DNA of 63,363 bases, taken from the NCBI GenBank assembly GCA_964637295.1, contig CAZWWE010000005.1, positions 1 through 63,363 of the forward strand. Reading direction: 5' to 3'. The DNA is from an uncultured Pseudomonadales bacterium. Its GTDB lineage: Bacteria; Patescibacteriota; Microgenomatia; UBA1400; PJMF01. A program made the translations under genes and the position numbers. Shown here piece after piece: positions 53,854 to 63,363 of the stretch. The notes under the pieces are model-generated. The model was not told the DNA's origin. It saw only the letters and a program-made list of their open reading frames with translations, and did no database searches. The first letter of the stretch is position 1. Each line of letters opens with the position of its first letter.

Positions 53854-55263
53854 TTAATTCCAAACATCAGCAGCATTAGAAAATTCAGGATGAATGGTCA
53901 TTGGAGCCTGAACTCTTCTAGCCTCTTGGTATATTTCTTTTAATAAATTGCATAAAGTGTCAAAAGTCATGAATTCCATTGACATCATTGCAATCCAATT
54001 CTGGGGAATGCTCATGAAGAATGGTCCTCTTTCAATTTTGATAAACCCATCATCTTGACCAATATTAGAAAAAAGCTCTTCTCTGTTGTCAAAAATGTGT
54101 CTCATTTTTTCCTCATGATCGTCTGGGATATCTGGCAACGTCAAACTTACTTTCCATCTTCTCTTTCTAAGCTCATCTGCTAGCAATTCAAAATTTGTTG
54201 TTGCTTCAATCAAGAATTGTCCAGACATAAGTTTCATACATATCTCATCAGAAAACGGAAATATGGAGTAAGGTGCTTGATTACGTAAGAAATTCCCCAT
54301 TTCATCATAAAAGAAGTGGTCAAAGTTAGTATGGCTAAATTGCCATTTGGTTTTCCAGCCAGTATATCTAAATGATTTTAGGTACTTTTTCATTTTTTCT
54401 GGGCGATCATAAGCTTTTTCCAAATTCATCATCGCAACTTGGATAAAAGGTTCTGTCTTAATTCGCGAAACTACCTGACTCTCTGCAATTTTCAATTGCT
54501 TTTCGATTTCTTGGCAGTGAGTTTGTAAATCAACCCGTGTGTACCTTTGCTCTAGCACATCACCATCAGGGAGTGTAATTTTGCTCGAAAAAGCAACTTT
54601 CTGTAGCTCTAACATCTTTCTAGTTTGATCCGTAACTTTTGAGCCTTTTCTCATTTGAAGAGTTTTAAAGTTTAGAATTTTTCTTCCAGATTTTTTAAGC
54701 TCATGAATTACTGCTGTGTCACCATAGGATTCTGTTAGGTCACCAATTCTTAGAAACCTGGTTAGATCATTAATTAACACCTCACCACCATGAACTTCTT
54801 GAATTGCATGCGCCCAAGAAAATAAGCTTTTACTTGAGTCTAGGTCCAAAGTAAAAGCTCCAGCCGATGTACTTCGGGCAGCACTGGTCAAAAACAAACG
54901 ATTGTATCCAAGTGTTCTCCATGCGACACCGTCAAAGATCGTACGCAGTATCCTGATAAGTTGTTGGTGCGCTTCTAACCCCTCAAGTATTCGTGCCAAA
55001 TCTTTTTTTTCTTGTTCGGTTAGCTTAGGTTTCGCCCTTAACTCTTTGATTACATCCCTTTGTTGTTTCATAACATTCCAAAGTTCTGTTTCAAATTTGG
55101 CTGCATCAAGCTGTAATCCCAGAAGGTTCTTGGGGTCATTGACTATGGATTTATCTCTAGTTTTTTCAAGGAACTCTTTCAGATATTGGACTCTCTCAAG
55201 ATAATAAGAGTCATTCATTATCATGAAAAGTAAGCTTCTTTGCTCTTTACTGAGGAAGTACAT
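53854..55263 (-). CDS. hypothetical protein with PD-(D/E)xK-like nuclease motif
   Basis: 469 aa. RIGDLTESYGDTAVIHELKKS fits D-x12-ExK. Helical N-terminal region. Confidence 0.45.
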   Translation of the reverse strand: MYFLSKEQRSLLFMIMNDSYYLERVQYLKEFLEKTRDKSIVNDPKNLLGLQLDAAKFETELWNVMKQQRDVIKELRAKPKLTEQEKKDLARILEGLEAHQQLIRILRTIFDGVAWRTLGYNRLFLTSAARSTSAGAFTLDLDSSKSLFSWAHAIQEVHGGEVLINDLTRFLRIGDLTESYGDTAVIHELKKSGRKILNFKTLQMRKGSKVTDQTRKMLELQKVAFSSKITLPDGDVLEQRYTRVDLQTHCQEIEKQLKIAESQVVSRIKTEPFIQVAMMNLEKAYDRPEKMKKYLKSFRYTGWKTKWQFSHTNFDHFFYDEMGNFLRNQAPYSIFPFSDEICMKLMSGQFLIEATTNFELLADELRKRRWKVSLTLPDIPDDHEEKMRHIFDNREELFSNIGQDDGFIKIERGPFFMSIPQNWIAMMSMEFMTFDTLCNLLKEIYQEARRVQAPMTIHPEFSNAADVWN

Positions 55264-55268
55264 ATTAA

Positions 55269-56237
55269 CTATTCTTTGGTGAATTCAATTTCCCAAAACC
55301 CACCACTTTTATCTTTACCATGAAAGACCATGGCCTCATAGAGCTCTGGGATACTCACAGATATCCACTTGGCAGAGTTCGAGCTTGGGTCAATAAATCT
55401 CACCTTGTCCTGGTCTAAATAAATTCTGTCTAGCACACAAACATGGCCCCAGCGATCTTTTTCATCTTTATCAAATAGTGTTGGCCAGTCATAGCAAATA
55501 AGAACATCCTTATCATGCTTTGAAGTTTCAGATAGGTATGCTCGAAAATCATCAATTGTTTTGAACTTATTTATCAGTGACCAGCTCATTTTAAGCGGTA
55601 TATTTAATTTCTTGAAAACCTTGTTAGGACCATATTCAGCTTTTCCTGCTTGAGTGCCATAACCAGCAGGTGGTCTTGGTCCTGTTCTGGCATTGTAAAA
55701 GTATTGAAGAGCATCGGTAGGAACTACAAGACCCATGTGATACCCAATGAGCTCAGCTGGTTGTAATGGGATATTGTACCTGAGCATCACCATTTGGATG
55801 CAGGTAGGAACACAACACCATTTTTGCTGCGTGAGCGGTGTGTAGCGGCTATCTTTGGGAACTACATCTTTAACAAGGATATGATCATTAGGGACCCAGC
55901 CTGGCTCACTGTAACACTCAATCCATGTTTCATCACCAATGGCATAGTGAATACTGCCTGGCTTGATCGTGAGCTCATCACCTTCTTCAAGCTCATACAC
56001 CACTCCATCGACTACGACTTTAAGAGTGCCTTTTATGACCTTGTACGCTTCTGTTGTTTTTTCGTGATAATGGGGAACTGAGTTATCAATTATTGAGATG
56101 GCTCTACTATATTCAAGATGATCGCTGGTTGGCTCAATCTCGCAGAGGATTTCAGTAGGATTATCATCAGGCAATGAAAAAATTGCTTTTTTAGGATATT
56201 TTTCTCGTAACTGATTGATAACTTGCTTATGGTTCAT
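55269..56237 (-). CDS. cupin domain fused to papain-fold cysteine peptidase-like domain
   Basis: N-terminal HYHEKTTEAY...GSIHYA cupin motifs. C-terminal QQKWCCVPTCIQMVM ... WGHVCVLD ... IDP, giving a Q/C/H/D arrangement. Confidence 0.55.
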   Translation of the reverse strand: MNHKQVINQLREKYPKKAIFSLPDDNPTEILCEIEPTSDHLEYSRAISIIDNSVPHYHEKTTEAYKVIKGTLKVVVDGVVYELEEGDELTIKPGSIHYAIGDETWIECYSEPGWVPNDHILVKDVVPKDSRYTPLTQQKWCCVPTCIQMVMLRYNIPLQPAELIGYHMGLVVPTDALQYFYNARTGPRPPAGYGTQAGKAEYGPNKVFKKLNIPLKMSWSLINKFKTIDDFRAYLSETSKHDKDVLICYDWPTLFDKDEKDRWGHVCVLDRIYLDQDKVRFIDPSSNSAKWISVSIPELYEAMVFHGKDKSGGFWEIEFTKE

Positions 56238-56249
56238 AAAACGTAATCT

Positions 56250-56720
56250 TTAGGTCATTTGTTTTTTCAATTGTTCAGCAACTTCCTCATTAGACCGATA
56301 GAGGATTGTCGAGATACCCATTTGTTGAGCTGCATCTACATTCTCTTGCTTATCATCAATATAAAGAACATCCTCGCTTGAAGCGTGGATTGTCTGCAAA
56401 AGAACTTCATAGGCTTTTGGGTCATTTTTTTCTACACTCATTTTTTTTGCCGAATGGATCTCTGTAAAAACTGGCTGCCAGTACTCTTGTAATGCTGGAT
56501 CATCTTGAATGGCATCGCTGGTAAAAATGTACCGTGCGTCATTACTCGCGTATTTGGTGTATATATCTAAGAGCTCAGTGTTCACTTTGAAGTAGCCAAA
56601 AAAATTGAAATTTGCCTCTTCCTTGTGCTCTCGATATAGCCCATTAAGGCTCCCCGTGTATTCAGGATCCTTAGGAAACAATAATACAAATGAAACGTCT
56701 GATATAAGAATTTTTTTCAT
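56250..56720 (-). CDS. HAD-like hydrolase
   Basis: 156 aa with a C-terminal YIDDKQENV motif. Confidence 0.55.
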   Translation of the reverse strand: MKKILISDVSFVLLFPKDPEYTGSLNGLYREHKEEANFNFFGYFKVNTELLDIYTKYASNDARYIFTSDAIQDDPALQEYWQPVFTEIHSAKKMSVEKNDPKAYEVLLQTIHASSEDVLYIDDKQENVDAAQQMGISTILYRSNEEVAEQLKKQMT

Positions 56721-56722
56721 AA

Positions 56723-57298
56723 TTACTTTCCGTATATAGTTACAAACTCACCCTCATTGAGCACAATAATTGGCTTATCGCCATCAAGGAGGTTGAGCTT
56801 CATTTCTTTCTGTTCTTCAATATCCCAATGGCATAGTGTCTGAATTGGCAGCAGTCCAACTCCTTTGTGTTTGGTGTCAGAATCTTGACTGTCAAAAGAC
56901 AGAACATAGCTTTCTGATGCTAAAAATGCTCCCATAGAGCTGCCAGCATAGACTTTGCCATCCAGCTTCTTTTTTAGTTGACCAAGACTCTCATAATGTG
57001 GTTCAAGTAGCTCAGCATCACCGCCAGCTACATACAGCACATCATACTTATCAATTTTAGAGAACAGATCTGACTCATCCTCAACGACATGAAATGTCAC
57101 CTGTTTTTCAGTATTCTTCTGGATTTTGGCTGAATCTCTCTCAATTAGTTTTTGCCACTCATCTCTATTTCTAGACCAATAGCACAAGAGTATTTTTACC
57201 TCATCTTTCTCGACTAACTCAGTAAACTTAGCGAAGAACTTGTCATTCCCTGGTAAATCTTTAGACGTAGCTCCACCGTGGAGTAAGTAAGCTGTCAT
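56723..57298 (-). CDS. peptidase S51 / type 1 glutamine amidotransferase-like protein
   Basis: YVAGGD and YAGSSMGAF motifs, like dipeptidase E. Confidence 0.6.
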   Translation of the reverse strand: MTAYLLHGGATSKDLPGNDKFFAKFTELVEKDEVKILLCYWSRNRDEWQKLIERDSAKIQKNTEKQVTFHVVEDESDLFSKIDKYDVLYVAGGDAELLEPHYESLGQLKKKLDGKVYAGSSMGAFLASESYVLSFDSQDSDTKHKGVGLLPIQTLCHWDIEEQKEMKLNLLDGDKPIIVLNEGEFVTIYGK

Positions 57299-58281
57299 TT
57301 CAATTCCTCCAACTTCTCCATCAAATTGTCACTAACTTCAATCCGATCAGCTTGCATATTCTTCTTTCGTTTGTAGTAGGATTGCTCACCAGGGAAGAAA
57401 ATTTCATTGACCCCTTTAGCCTTTGGAGCAGATTTCAACTCATCAATCGCTTTTTGCACATCACTCTTGAACTCATCCCAATCTCTAAACATTTTTGGAT
57501 CAATAAGAATGTAAAAAGAGCCCCATCCTCCATCAACAGCTCCGCCAACTCTGGAATTACTTAGAGCACCGCCCAACAACTCAACAATGAAAGCTAAACC
57601 AGAACCTTTATGGCCAGCGATAGGAAGGATACCGCCTTCCATAGCCTTAGAAGGATCTACTGTCATGTTCCCGTCACCATCAATGGCTACACCCTCTTTG
57701 ATTTCTTTGCCTTCTGTTTGGGCAACCATCAAATCTCCCCAAGTGCATTGAGAAGAGGCCATATCTAAAATCACTGGTATAGATTGTGTAGGAATACCGA
57801 TTGTAATTGGGTCAGTTCCCCATATATCTTTAGTACTACCGAAAGGAACCAAACCACCTGGCGAGTTGTGAAAACCAATAAAGATTAAATCTTTCTCAGC
57901 GGCCCTTCTTGCATAGTCACCAATGTAACCAGATGCATATGCGAGATCTTTTATGCCTACTGCAAGAATTCCTGACTTTTTTACCTTTTTAATTGCTTTC
58001 TCAAGAGACTTGTAAATTGCATAAAACCCAGGCTTATATTTGGCGTCAAAATGGATACTCGCTGGGTGCTCAGAAATTACTTCGAGGTCTTCATCCGTTA
58101 CTTTGATTTTTCCAGCAGATACATTACGTGCGATAGCTGGTAGACGGACCAAACCATGAGTTTTCTTTTCAACAAGCTCAGCCTCAATTAAGTTTTGAGT
58201 AATAAGCGATGCTTCTTCCTGGCTAAAACCAAGCTTTATAAGAATGCTATTTGATAAATCTGTGGCTTGTTGAATGGTCAT
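57295..58281 (-). CDS. Ldh family 2 oxidoreductase (malate/L-lactate/ureidoglycolate dehydrogenase-like)
   Basis: THGLVRLP and AGHKGSGLA motifs. Confidence 0.75.
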   Translation of the reverse strand: MTIQQATDLSNSILIKLGFSQEEASLITQNLIEAELVEKKTHGLVRLPAIARNVSAGKIKVTDEDLEVISEHPASIHFDAKYKPGFYAIYKSLEKAIKKVKKSGILAVGIKDLAYASGYIGDYARRAAEKDLIFIGFHNSPGGLVPFGSTKDIWGTDPITIGIPTQSIPVILDMASSQCTWGDLMVAQTEGKEIKEGVAIDGDGNMTVDPSKAMEGGILPIAGHKGSGLAFIVELLGGALSNSRVGGAVDGGWGSFYILIDPKMFRDWDEFKSDVQKAIDELKSAPKAKGVNEIFFPGEQSYYKRKKNMQADRIEVSDNLMEKLEELK

Positions 58282-58290
58282 ATTTTCTTT

Positions 58291-59019
58291 CTAATAATGA
58301 AATCCTTCAAATGGCTCTTTGCCTTGCTTCATTACAAATACTTTTCCTGTTGTCATATTATCTTCACGGCAAAGTTCAACAATTTGTTCAGCTATTTTTT
58401 CAGGGCTAATTGCTTCATCCATGTACTGAGGAAAATATTTGGCATACGCCTCGGTAGCAGTATCAGAAGGGGAGACTGCATTAACTTGAATGCTTCTATC
58501 TTCCAGTTCTTGTGACAAGCCAACTGTAAGATCCTCCAAAGCTCGCTTTGAAGCATAATATGGCAGCCAGCCCTTCCCACCGTTTTCAAACGTTCCTGAT
58601 AGATTCACAATCTTTGACTTTGGTCCCATTTTTGGCAGCAGACCATGGATTAACAGTGAAGGAACAGTGAAACCAACGGTATAAGTGTCCAAAATTACCT
58701 GTTGGTCAAAGTCTTGGTAATCAGTTTCTGCAAAGACTTCATCTTTACCGTGCCAAATACCAGCAATGTTGATAATGGCATCAATTGATTCTGCTTGATC
58801 TTGCACTGATTTAATGAGTTCATTTACTTGATCCAAATCACTCAGATCAGTTGGCAAAACAGTTGATCTTCCGCCTTTTTCTTCTATCAAACTAGCAGTT
58901 TCTTGAAGTCTCTCTTTAGTTCGAGCCACAAGAAAAACATGATAACCAGCTTCTGCCATTTTGATGGCGGTAGCTCTGCCTATTCCTGTACTGGCTCCTG
59001 TGATAATAGCGTTTTTCAT
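58291..59019 (-). CDS. SDR family oxidoreductase
   Basis: TGASTGIG and YASKRAL (YxxxK). Confidence 0.85.
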   Translation of the reverse strand: MKNAIITGASTGIGRATAIKMAEAGYHVFLVARTKERLQETASLIEEKGGRSTVLPTDLSDLDQVNELIKSVQDQAESIDAIINIAGIWHGKDEVFAETDYQDFDQQVILDTYTVGFTVPSLLIHGLLPKMGPKSKIVNLSGTFENGGKGWLPYYASKRALEDLTVGLSQELEDRSIQVNAVSPSDTATEAYAKYFPQYMDEAISPEKIAEQIVELCREDNMTTGKVFVMKQGKEPFEGFHY

Positions 59020-59480
59020 AATTTCTTCACAAACCTTTGAGCCTTAGATTCAAAGCCATACTTTTTATAGAAGCCATGTGCCCTTGAAAGTTCATTATCT
59101 GATTCCAAATTTACTTTCGTTACACCCTGCTTCTTACACCAATCGAAGAATGCATCCATTAGTTCATTTGCTACACCCTGGCCTCTGTTTCCTGCTTTAA
59201 CAAAAAACTCTTCTATTTCCGCTCTGTAACCACCACTGCGAAGCATAGGACACAAATAACCAGTAATGATTCCAATAATTGTATTTTCTTCATCAACAGC
59301 TACAAAAATGCCATAGTCTGGTCGGTCCAGTAGTTCTTCATATATATTTATGCCATGTTTTATAGCCGAATCAGAACGGCCTTCTTCACCCGTTATTTGG
59401 AATATGCAATCAGCTCTAAATTCATCCAAAAGATGTAGTACTTCGGTTTTATCAGTTGAGGTTGCTTGTCTTATTTGCAT
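59016..59480 (-). CDS. GNAT N-acetyltransferase
   Basis: Motif A RGQGVANELM. Confidence 0.8.
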   Translation of the reverse strand: MQIRQATSTDKTEVLHLLDEFRADCIFQITGEEGRSDSAIKHGINIYEELLDRPDYGIFVAVDEENTIIGIITGYLCPMLRSGGYRAEIEEFFVKAGNRGQGVANELMDAFFDWCKKQGVTKVNLESDNELSRAHGFYKKYGFESKAQRFVKKL

Positions 59481-59482
59481 TA

Positions 59483-60340
59483 CTAACGTATCCAGTTCTT
59501 TTCTAATTTCTTAGCTGAAAACTCACTTCGGAGTTTCTCGATATCATCTTGCTCCATCTGAATATCTACAGCTTCAAGGTTTTGTTCTAAATGCTTCTGA
59601 GAATGAGTTGTTGTCACAATTACGACTCCATTTTGAGACATTAACCACGATAGGGCGATCTGTGACTGAGAGGCCTTATATTTTTCCGCCATACTATTCA
59701 ACAGTTGGTTCTCTGTAGTTACAAGCTCACCCAATTCAAGTGGTCTAAATGCCTGAATTAGTACATCATTGTTTTGACAAACCTGTAAAACGCCATCTTC
59801 CTCAACTTCTCGCACGAAAAGATTGTAGTAAACCTGATTAAACAAAATTTTATGGTTTGTAGTAGCAATTGCTTCTTTCATTGATTTGCTGTTGTAGTTA
59901 CTAACAGCAAGGCCTCTTGCTAATCCTCTGTCCACAATTTCATTGAGTGCTTTGACACTCTCTGAGATGGGGACTTCTGGAATGGGAGCATGGTGTACAA
60001 CAATGTCGAGGTAGTCTAAATTGAGTCGTTTCAAGCTTTCTTCAACTGATCTCAACATATCATCGTGAGCAGAGTGCTCTTTTCTTATTGCTGAACTTAT
60101 GAGTAATTTTTCTCTATCGTAATCAGTAATAGCTTGGCCAACAATTTTCTCAGCCCAACCATCGGCGTAATTTTGAGCAGTGAAAACTTGATTCACACCA
60201 GCATCAATATGCATACGAATCGCGTCTATATCTGCTTGGTCATCGTTATCTTCATCCCTCTCCATTTGGCCACCGAATTGCCAAGTACCGAGGGTGTATT
60301 TCTTTATGTCTGTTTTTTTTACTAAATTCATATTCATCAA
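59483..60340 (-). CDS. aldo/keto reductase
   Basis: 285 aa with the AKR pattern (LDYLDIVVHHAP). Confidence 0.75.
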   Translation of the reverse strand: MMNMNLVKKTDIKKYTLGTWQFGGQMERDEDNDDQADIDAIRMHIDAGVNQVFTAQNYADGWAEKIVGQAITDYDREKLLISSAIRKEHSAHDDMLRSVEESLKRLNLDYLDIVVHHAPIPEVPISESVKALNEIVDRGLARGLAVSNYNSKSMKEAIATTNHKILFNQVYYNLFVREVEEDGVLQVCQNNDVLIQAFRPLELGELVTTENQLLNSMAEKYKASQSQIALSWLMSQNGVVIVTTTHSQKHLEQNLEAVDIQMEQDDIEKLRSEFSAKKLEKNWIR

Positions 60341-60345
60341 GTTTC

Positions 60346-60963
60346 CTATAAATCTAAAATCTCTGTTAGTTTTTTGTTTGACTCTGTTACATTTTGGGGA
60401 TCATAAAGAAAAGTCTTCCAGCCCCTCTTTTTAGCTCCTTCAAGGTGTTCAGGGCTATTGTCTATAAAAAAGATTTCACTAGAGTCATGGTTAGCTTCCT
60501 TTTCTGCTAACTCAAAAATTGCTTGTTCAGGCTTCTGATAACCTACAACACTAGAGTCAACAACTACATCCCAATCAACATCAGGAATCAGTTTTTTTTC
60601 TTTGACAAGGTTAAACATACGAGGATACTGGTTAGTCAGTAATCCTGTTTTGTATTTTTCTTTGACTGATTGAGCAACTAACCAAATACCCTCATTTACC
60701 TCAAAACGATTAACGAAATCAGCAAGCATTGAGTAATTCTCTGGAATGACTATGCCAACCTCTTTTTCAAAATCTGAAACAATGTTGTCAACATCACAAT
60801 CGATACAAATCCTTGATCTGTGCCTTTTCCAAACTTGATCAAACTTTTCATCCAAGTCTTCAGTCACTCCAAGGTCTCGCTTCATTTCTACCCACTTATT
60901 CGTACCAGAGTAATCCAATAAAAGTACTCCTCCAACATCAAAATAAACAAACTTGGTTTTCAT
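60346..60963 (-). CDS. HAD-superfamily hydrolase
   Basis: FDVGGVLL motif I and FIDNSPEHL motif IV. Confidence 0.7.
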   Translation of the reverse strand: MKTKFVYFDVGGVLLLDYSGTNKWVEMKRDLGVTEDLDEKFDQVWKRHRSRICIDCDVDNIVSDFEKEVGIVIPENYSMLADFVNRFEVNEGIWLVAQSVKEKYKTGLLTNQYPRMFNLVKEKKLIPDVDWDVVVDSSVVGYQKPEQAIFELAEKEANHDSSEIFFIDNSPEHLEGAKKRGWKTFLYDPQNVTESNKKLTEILDL

Positions 60964-61700
60964 AGTGTTTCCTTAAACCAAGCTACTGTTATTTTGTTTG
61001 ATTTTTCTCTATCTTTTTTCTCAATCAACGGGTGCCCAACCCCGTCTATGACAATCTTTTCTTTCTTTGAAGCTAAAACAGCATGATCAAAGAAAGCATC
61101 GGTCTGTTTTGCAGGACAAATATCATCGAGCTCGTGGGGTACCAGTAACAGCGAACCTTCATATTTAGCTATTGCCTTTATAGCAATGCTGTCTGAAAAA
61201 TCATCACCATTACGATATTTCTGGTGCTCATCTTTCATAGTTTCTGGGACAAGTTCCCATTCACTATTCAAATAAAGTGCTGGGACAGAAAGAATGAGAG
61301 AGTTAACACTCCTGTATTGAGTCAGTAGTGACGCGTGGTAACCGCCGTAACTCCCACCATAGACTCCAACTCTATTTTTATCCACCTTATCTTGTTGCAA
61401 AAGAAAATCATACCCTGCTATAGCATCTTCATGACCCATCTTAATTGTTTGCTCAGCAAAATCACCATCACTCTCTCCACAACCACGAAAACTAAAAATA
61501 AGTGTCAAAAAGCCAGCTTTTGCTAAGGCTTCCGCCCTATCTGTATAACGAGCTTGACTACTTCCACGACCGTGAAGGACAACAACTGATGGTAGTTTCT
61601 TTTCCATTGAGTCTGGGATATACAAAGCCCCTCTCATTTTTTGATTTTTTACTGGTATGAAAACTGGTTTTATTGTGAACTTCATAATTTCTTTCTCCAA
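60960..61700 (-). CDS. alpha/beta hydrolase (S9/dienelactone hydrolase-like)
   Basis: GGSYGG nucleophile elbow and HG at the N-terminal oxyanion region. Confidence 0.75.
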   Translation of the reverse strand: MEKEIMKFTIKPVFIPVKNQKMRGALYIPDSMEKKLPSVVVLHGRGSSQARYTDRAEALAKAGFLTLIFSFRGCGESDGDFAEQTIKMGHEDAIAGYDFLLQQDKVDKNRVGVYGGSYGGYHASLLTQYRSVNSLILSVPALYLNSEWELVPETMKDEHQKYRNGDDFSDSIAIKAIAKYEGSLLLVPHELDDICPAKQTDAFFDHAVLASKKEKIVIDGVGHPLIEKKDREKSNKITVAWFKETL

Positions 61701-62230
61701 GCCTTTGCATGACGGCCTTTACCGTACTTATCCTGGATAAAACCAGTCTGTTCATCGGTCATTTTGTCATAAAATCCCCAACTATCCTGATATCTTGGAC
61801 CACTGTGAATCAATAACTGCCTTTTAGCTTCTTGTCTACCAGCGTCACATATCGCATCAAATAGTTTTCTTCCAACTCCACCACCACGAAATATTTCTGG
61901 TGATACAAATGCATTGAGAAGCTCTATTGAGTCAGTTGGGTCATCAAGCTGAAAGTGCTGAACCATATCAGGATCTGGAACGGAATAGGCCATACAGCCA
62001 ATAACTTTACCCGATTGATCACGGGCAACTATGTAAGTACGAGTTCTACCATATTCGTCCTGATCACCTCTCATATAGCCTTTAATTGCTTCAATTTCAT
62101 CTGTAATAACTTGACCTGTACTTCGGTCCCAGACATGGGCTTCTAAAATTGGGTCAAATTGGTCAATATCGGCTTCAACGAGTGGGCTAACTTCTACTTG
62201 AATTGGAGAGGGTTTTTCTTTTTGAGTCAT
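61682..62230 (-). CDS. GNAT N-acetyltransferase
   Basis: Motif A RGGGVGRKLFD. Confidence 0.75.
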   Translation of the reverse strand: MTQKEKPSPIQVEVSPLVEADIDQFDPILEAHVWDRSTGQVITDEIEAIKGYMRGDQDEYGRTRTYIVARDQSGKVIGCMAYSVPDPDMVQHFQLDDPTDSIELLNAFVSPEIFRGGGVGRKLFDAICDAGRQEAKRQLLIHSGPRYQDSWGFYDKMTDEQTGFIQDKYGKGRHAKAWRKKL

Positions 62231-62283
62231 AATTTACATCTTAATAGTATTAACTTTACTTATATGGCAATTTTACAATATAA

Positions 62284-63363
62284 AACTGGATATCCCAATT
62301 ACAAAATGTGCTCTGCCTACAGTGCTACCAATGCTACCAGCACCAGATAGTATCTAGTACTTCTGGACCCTGCAAACATGGCAACACTGGCAACTACTCC
62401 ATCCATACCCTTGGTGATGAACTCTATGCAGAAGGCTTTCGTACCAGAAATGGCAAGCGTGTACATTCAAGTAATATTCAAAAAATCCTAACCGATGTTC
62501 GTTATCTTGGTTGGGTAAAGTACGATGGCAAAATCTATAAAAATGGCCAGCACCCTCAACTTATCAATATCACGGAATTTAAAAAAGCGGAGGCAATTAT
62601 GAAAAAGCACAACAAAGGAGCAAATAGGTCACGCAAACACAACTGGTTTTTAGCGGGTTTAGTTTATTGCCAGCATTGTGGCTCATTGATGTCTGGTGAG
62701 AAGCATGAAAAAAGTACAGGTAAAGTCTACAAGTACTACCGTTGTATGGGACCCAAAAACCATGGCCATACCTGCAATGAACCCTATGCCAATATCGAGA
62801 AAGTCCATGACCAACTGTATAAATGGATTACTGGCTTGGAATTCACGGATACCTTTTTTGATGGCCTTCGCCAAGAGCTGATGTCACTCATGGAAAATCA
62901 AGGGGATACTGTCAAAGACAGGCTCGACACTCTCCAAAAACGTAAAGAATCAATAGAAAATAAAATGGATAAGCTGGAAGATCAAATGCTTTCAGAAGTG
63001 ATTCCGCAAGATAGAATCGAGAAAAAGTACAAGCCCCTCCGTGATGAATTAACAGCTGTTGAAGCCAAAATCGAAAAGCTGAACAGACCTTCAAATAATA
63101 TGGATGAGGAAAAGATCGAAACGATTATCAAGTTCATGAAACGCTTGCCAGAGCTTTATGATGCCTTCAACAAAAAAGAACGCAAACAATTCCTTAAATG
63201 GTTCACCACTAAGATCATGATTAAAGACAAGAAAATCGTTGATATTGCCTATACACCAGGCTTTCAAGCCATGGTTGATAGAGACATCGTTCGGATAAGC
63301 GAAACGTGGCTCCGCCTAGTAGACGCATTCTGTAACCATAAAATAGAGTTTAGCGTCAACCTA
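62284..63363 (+). pseudogene. large serine recombinase, 5'-truncated (no catalytic resolvase domain), 3' end beyond window
   Basis: Manual translation of the frame open from 62284: ...LGDELYAEGFRTRNGKRVHSSNIQKILTDVRYLGW (recombinase domain), CQHCGSLM...YYRCMGPKNHGHTC (zinc ribbon), then a coiled coil. No stop before the window end and no N-terminal Ser-catalytic domain. Confidence 0.7.

Noticed and set aside
62365-62372. GGACCCTG 8-mer at the recombinase breakpoint, matching the start of the 55-nt repeat.
   Set aside because: An 8-mer is expected by chance about twice in 63 kb on two strands, and there is no extended similarity.
1-63363. CRISPR arrays, rRNA genes, intact IS elements or transposases.
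   Set aside because: I saw no regularly spaced direct repeats, no rRNA-like conserved stretches and no transposase-like ORF. The only recombinase is the truncated serine recombinase at the right end.

Overview
This is a 63.4-kb low-GC bacterial chromosomal segment (about 35% G+C by eye). Genes are tightly packed and often overlap on both strands. The content includes polyprenyl-phosphate glycan enzymes, a sortase with its substrate, an LCP protein, many small secreted or membrane proteins and few biosynthetic genes. That fits a small-genome Patescibacteria/CPR-like organism, but this taxonomy is inference only.

Layout:
- 0-14.5 kb: an envelope-glycan locus (GT39-like, WecA/MraY-like, DPPR-synthase-like UbiA, a 1084-aa membrane GT-C-like protein, GT1, GT2). 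It is interrupted by a maf-trxB-trxA-csoR-like operon, dnaG and an AAA+ ATPase.
- 14.5-16.3 kb: a sharply GC-rich insert carrying one lipoprotein gene. It is flanked by hairpin-dense noncoding RNA candidates, a tRNA-like element and a candidate small RNA.
- 16.4-25.9 kb: sortase pair, gdhA, an ECF sigma module and a thioredoxin-like protein with a permease.
- 26-30.3 kb: a type II R-M system with a HEAT-repeat-fused methyltransferase, orphan genes, tRNA-Ser(CGA) and tRNA-Arg(GCG).
- 30.3-52 kb: housekeeping genes (rarA, typA, queA, DEAD-box helicase, LCP) mixed with three ATP-grasp-type ligases.
- 52.5-62.2 kb: a co-directional accessory array of small-molecule enzymes with two decayed GNAT genes. 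It ends at a 5'-truncated large serine recombinase that runs off the window.

I saw no rRNA, CRISPR array, intact transposase or intact integrase.

The observations most worth follow-up are:
- the GC-rich insert and its structured RNAs;
- a 55-nt structured repeat present twice;
- the tRNA-like element with its complementary sRNA candidate;
- a shared ATACC-N7-GGTAT operator at two promoters;
- the HEAT-methyltransferase fusion;
- a nuclease-like protein paired with a cupin/papain-like fusion.

All functional calls come from motifs read by eye. No database search was run.
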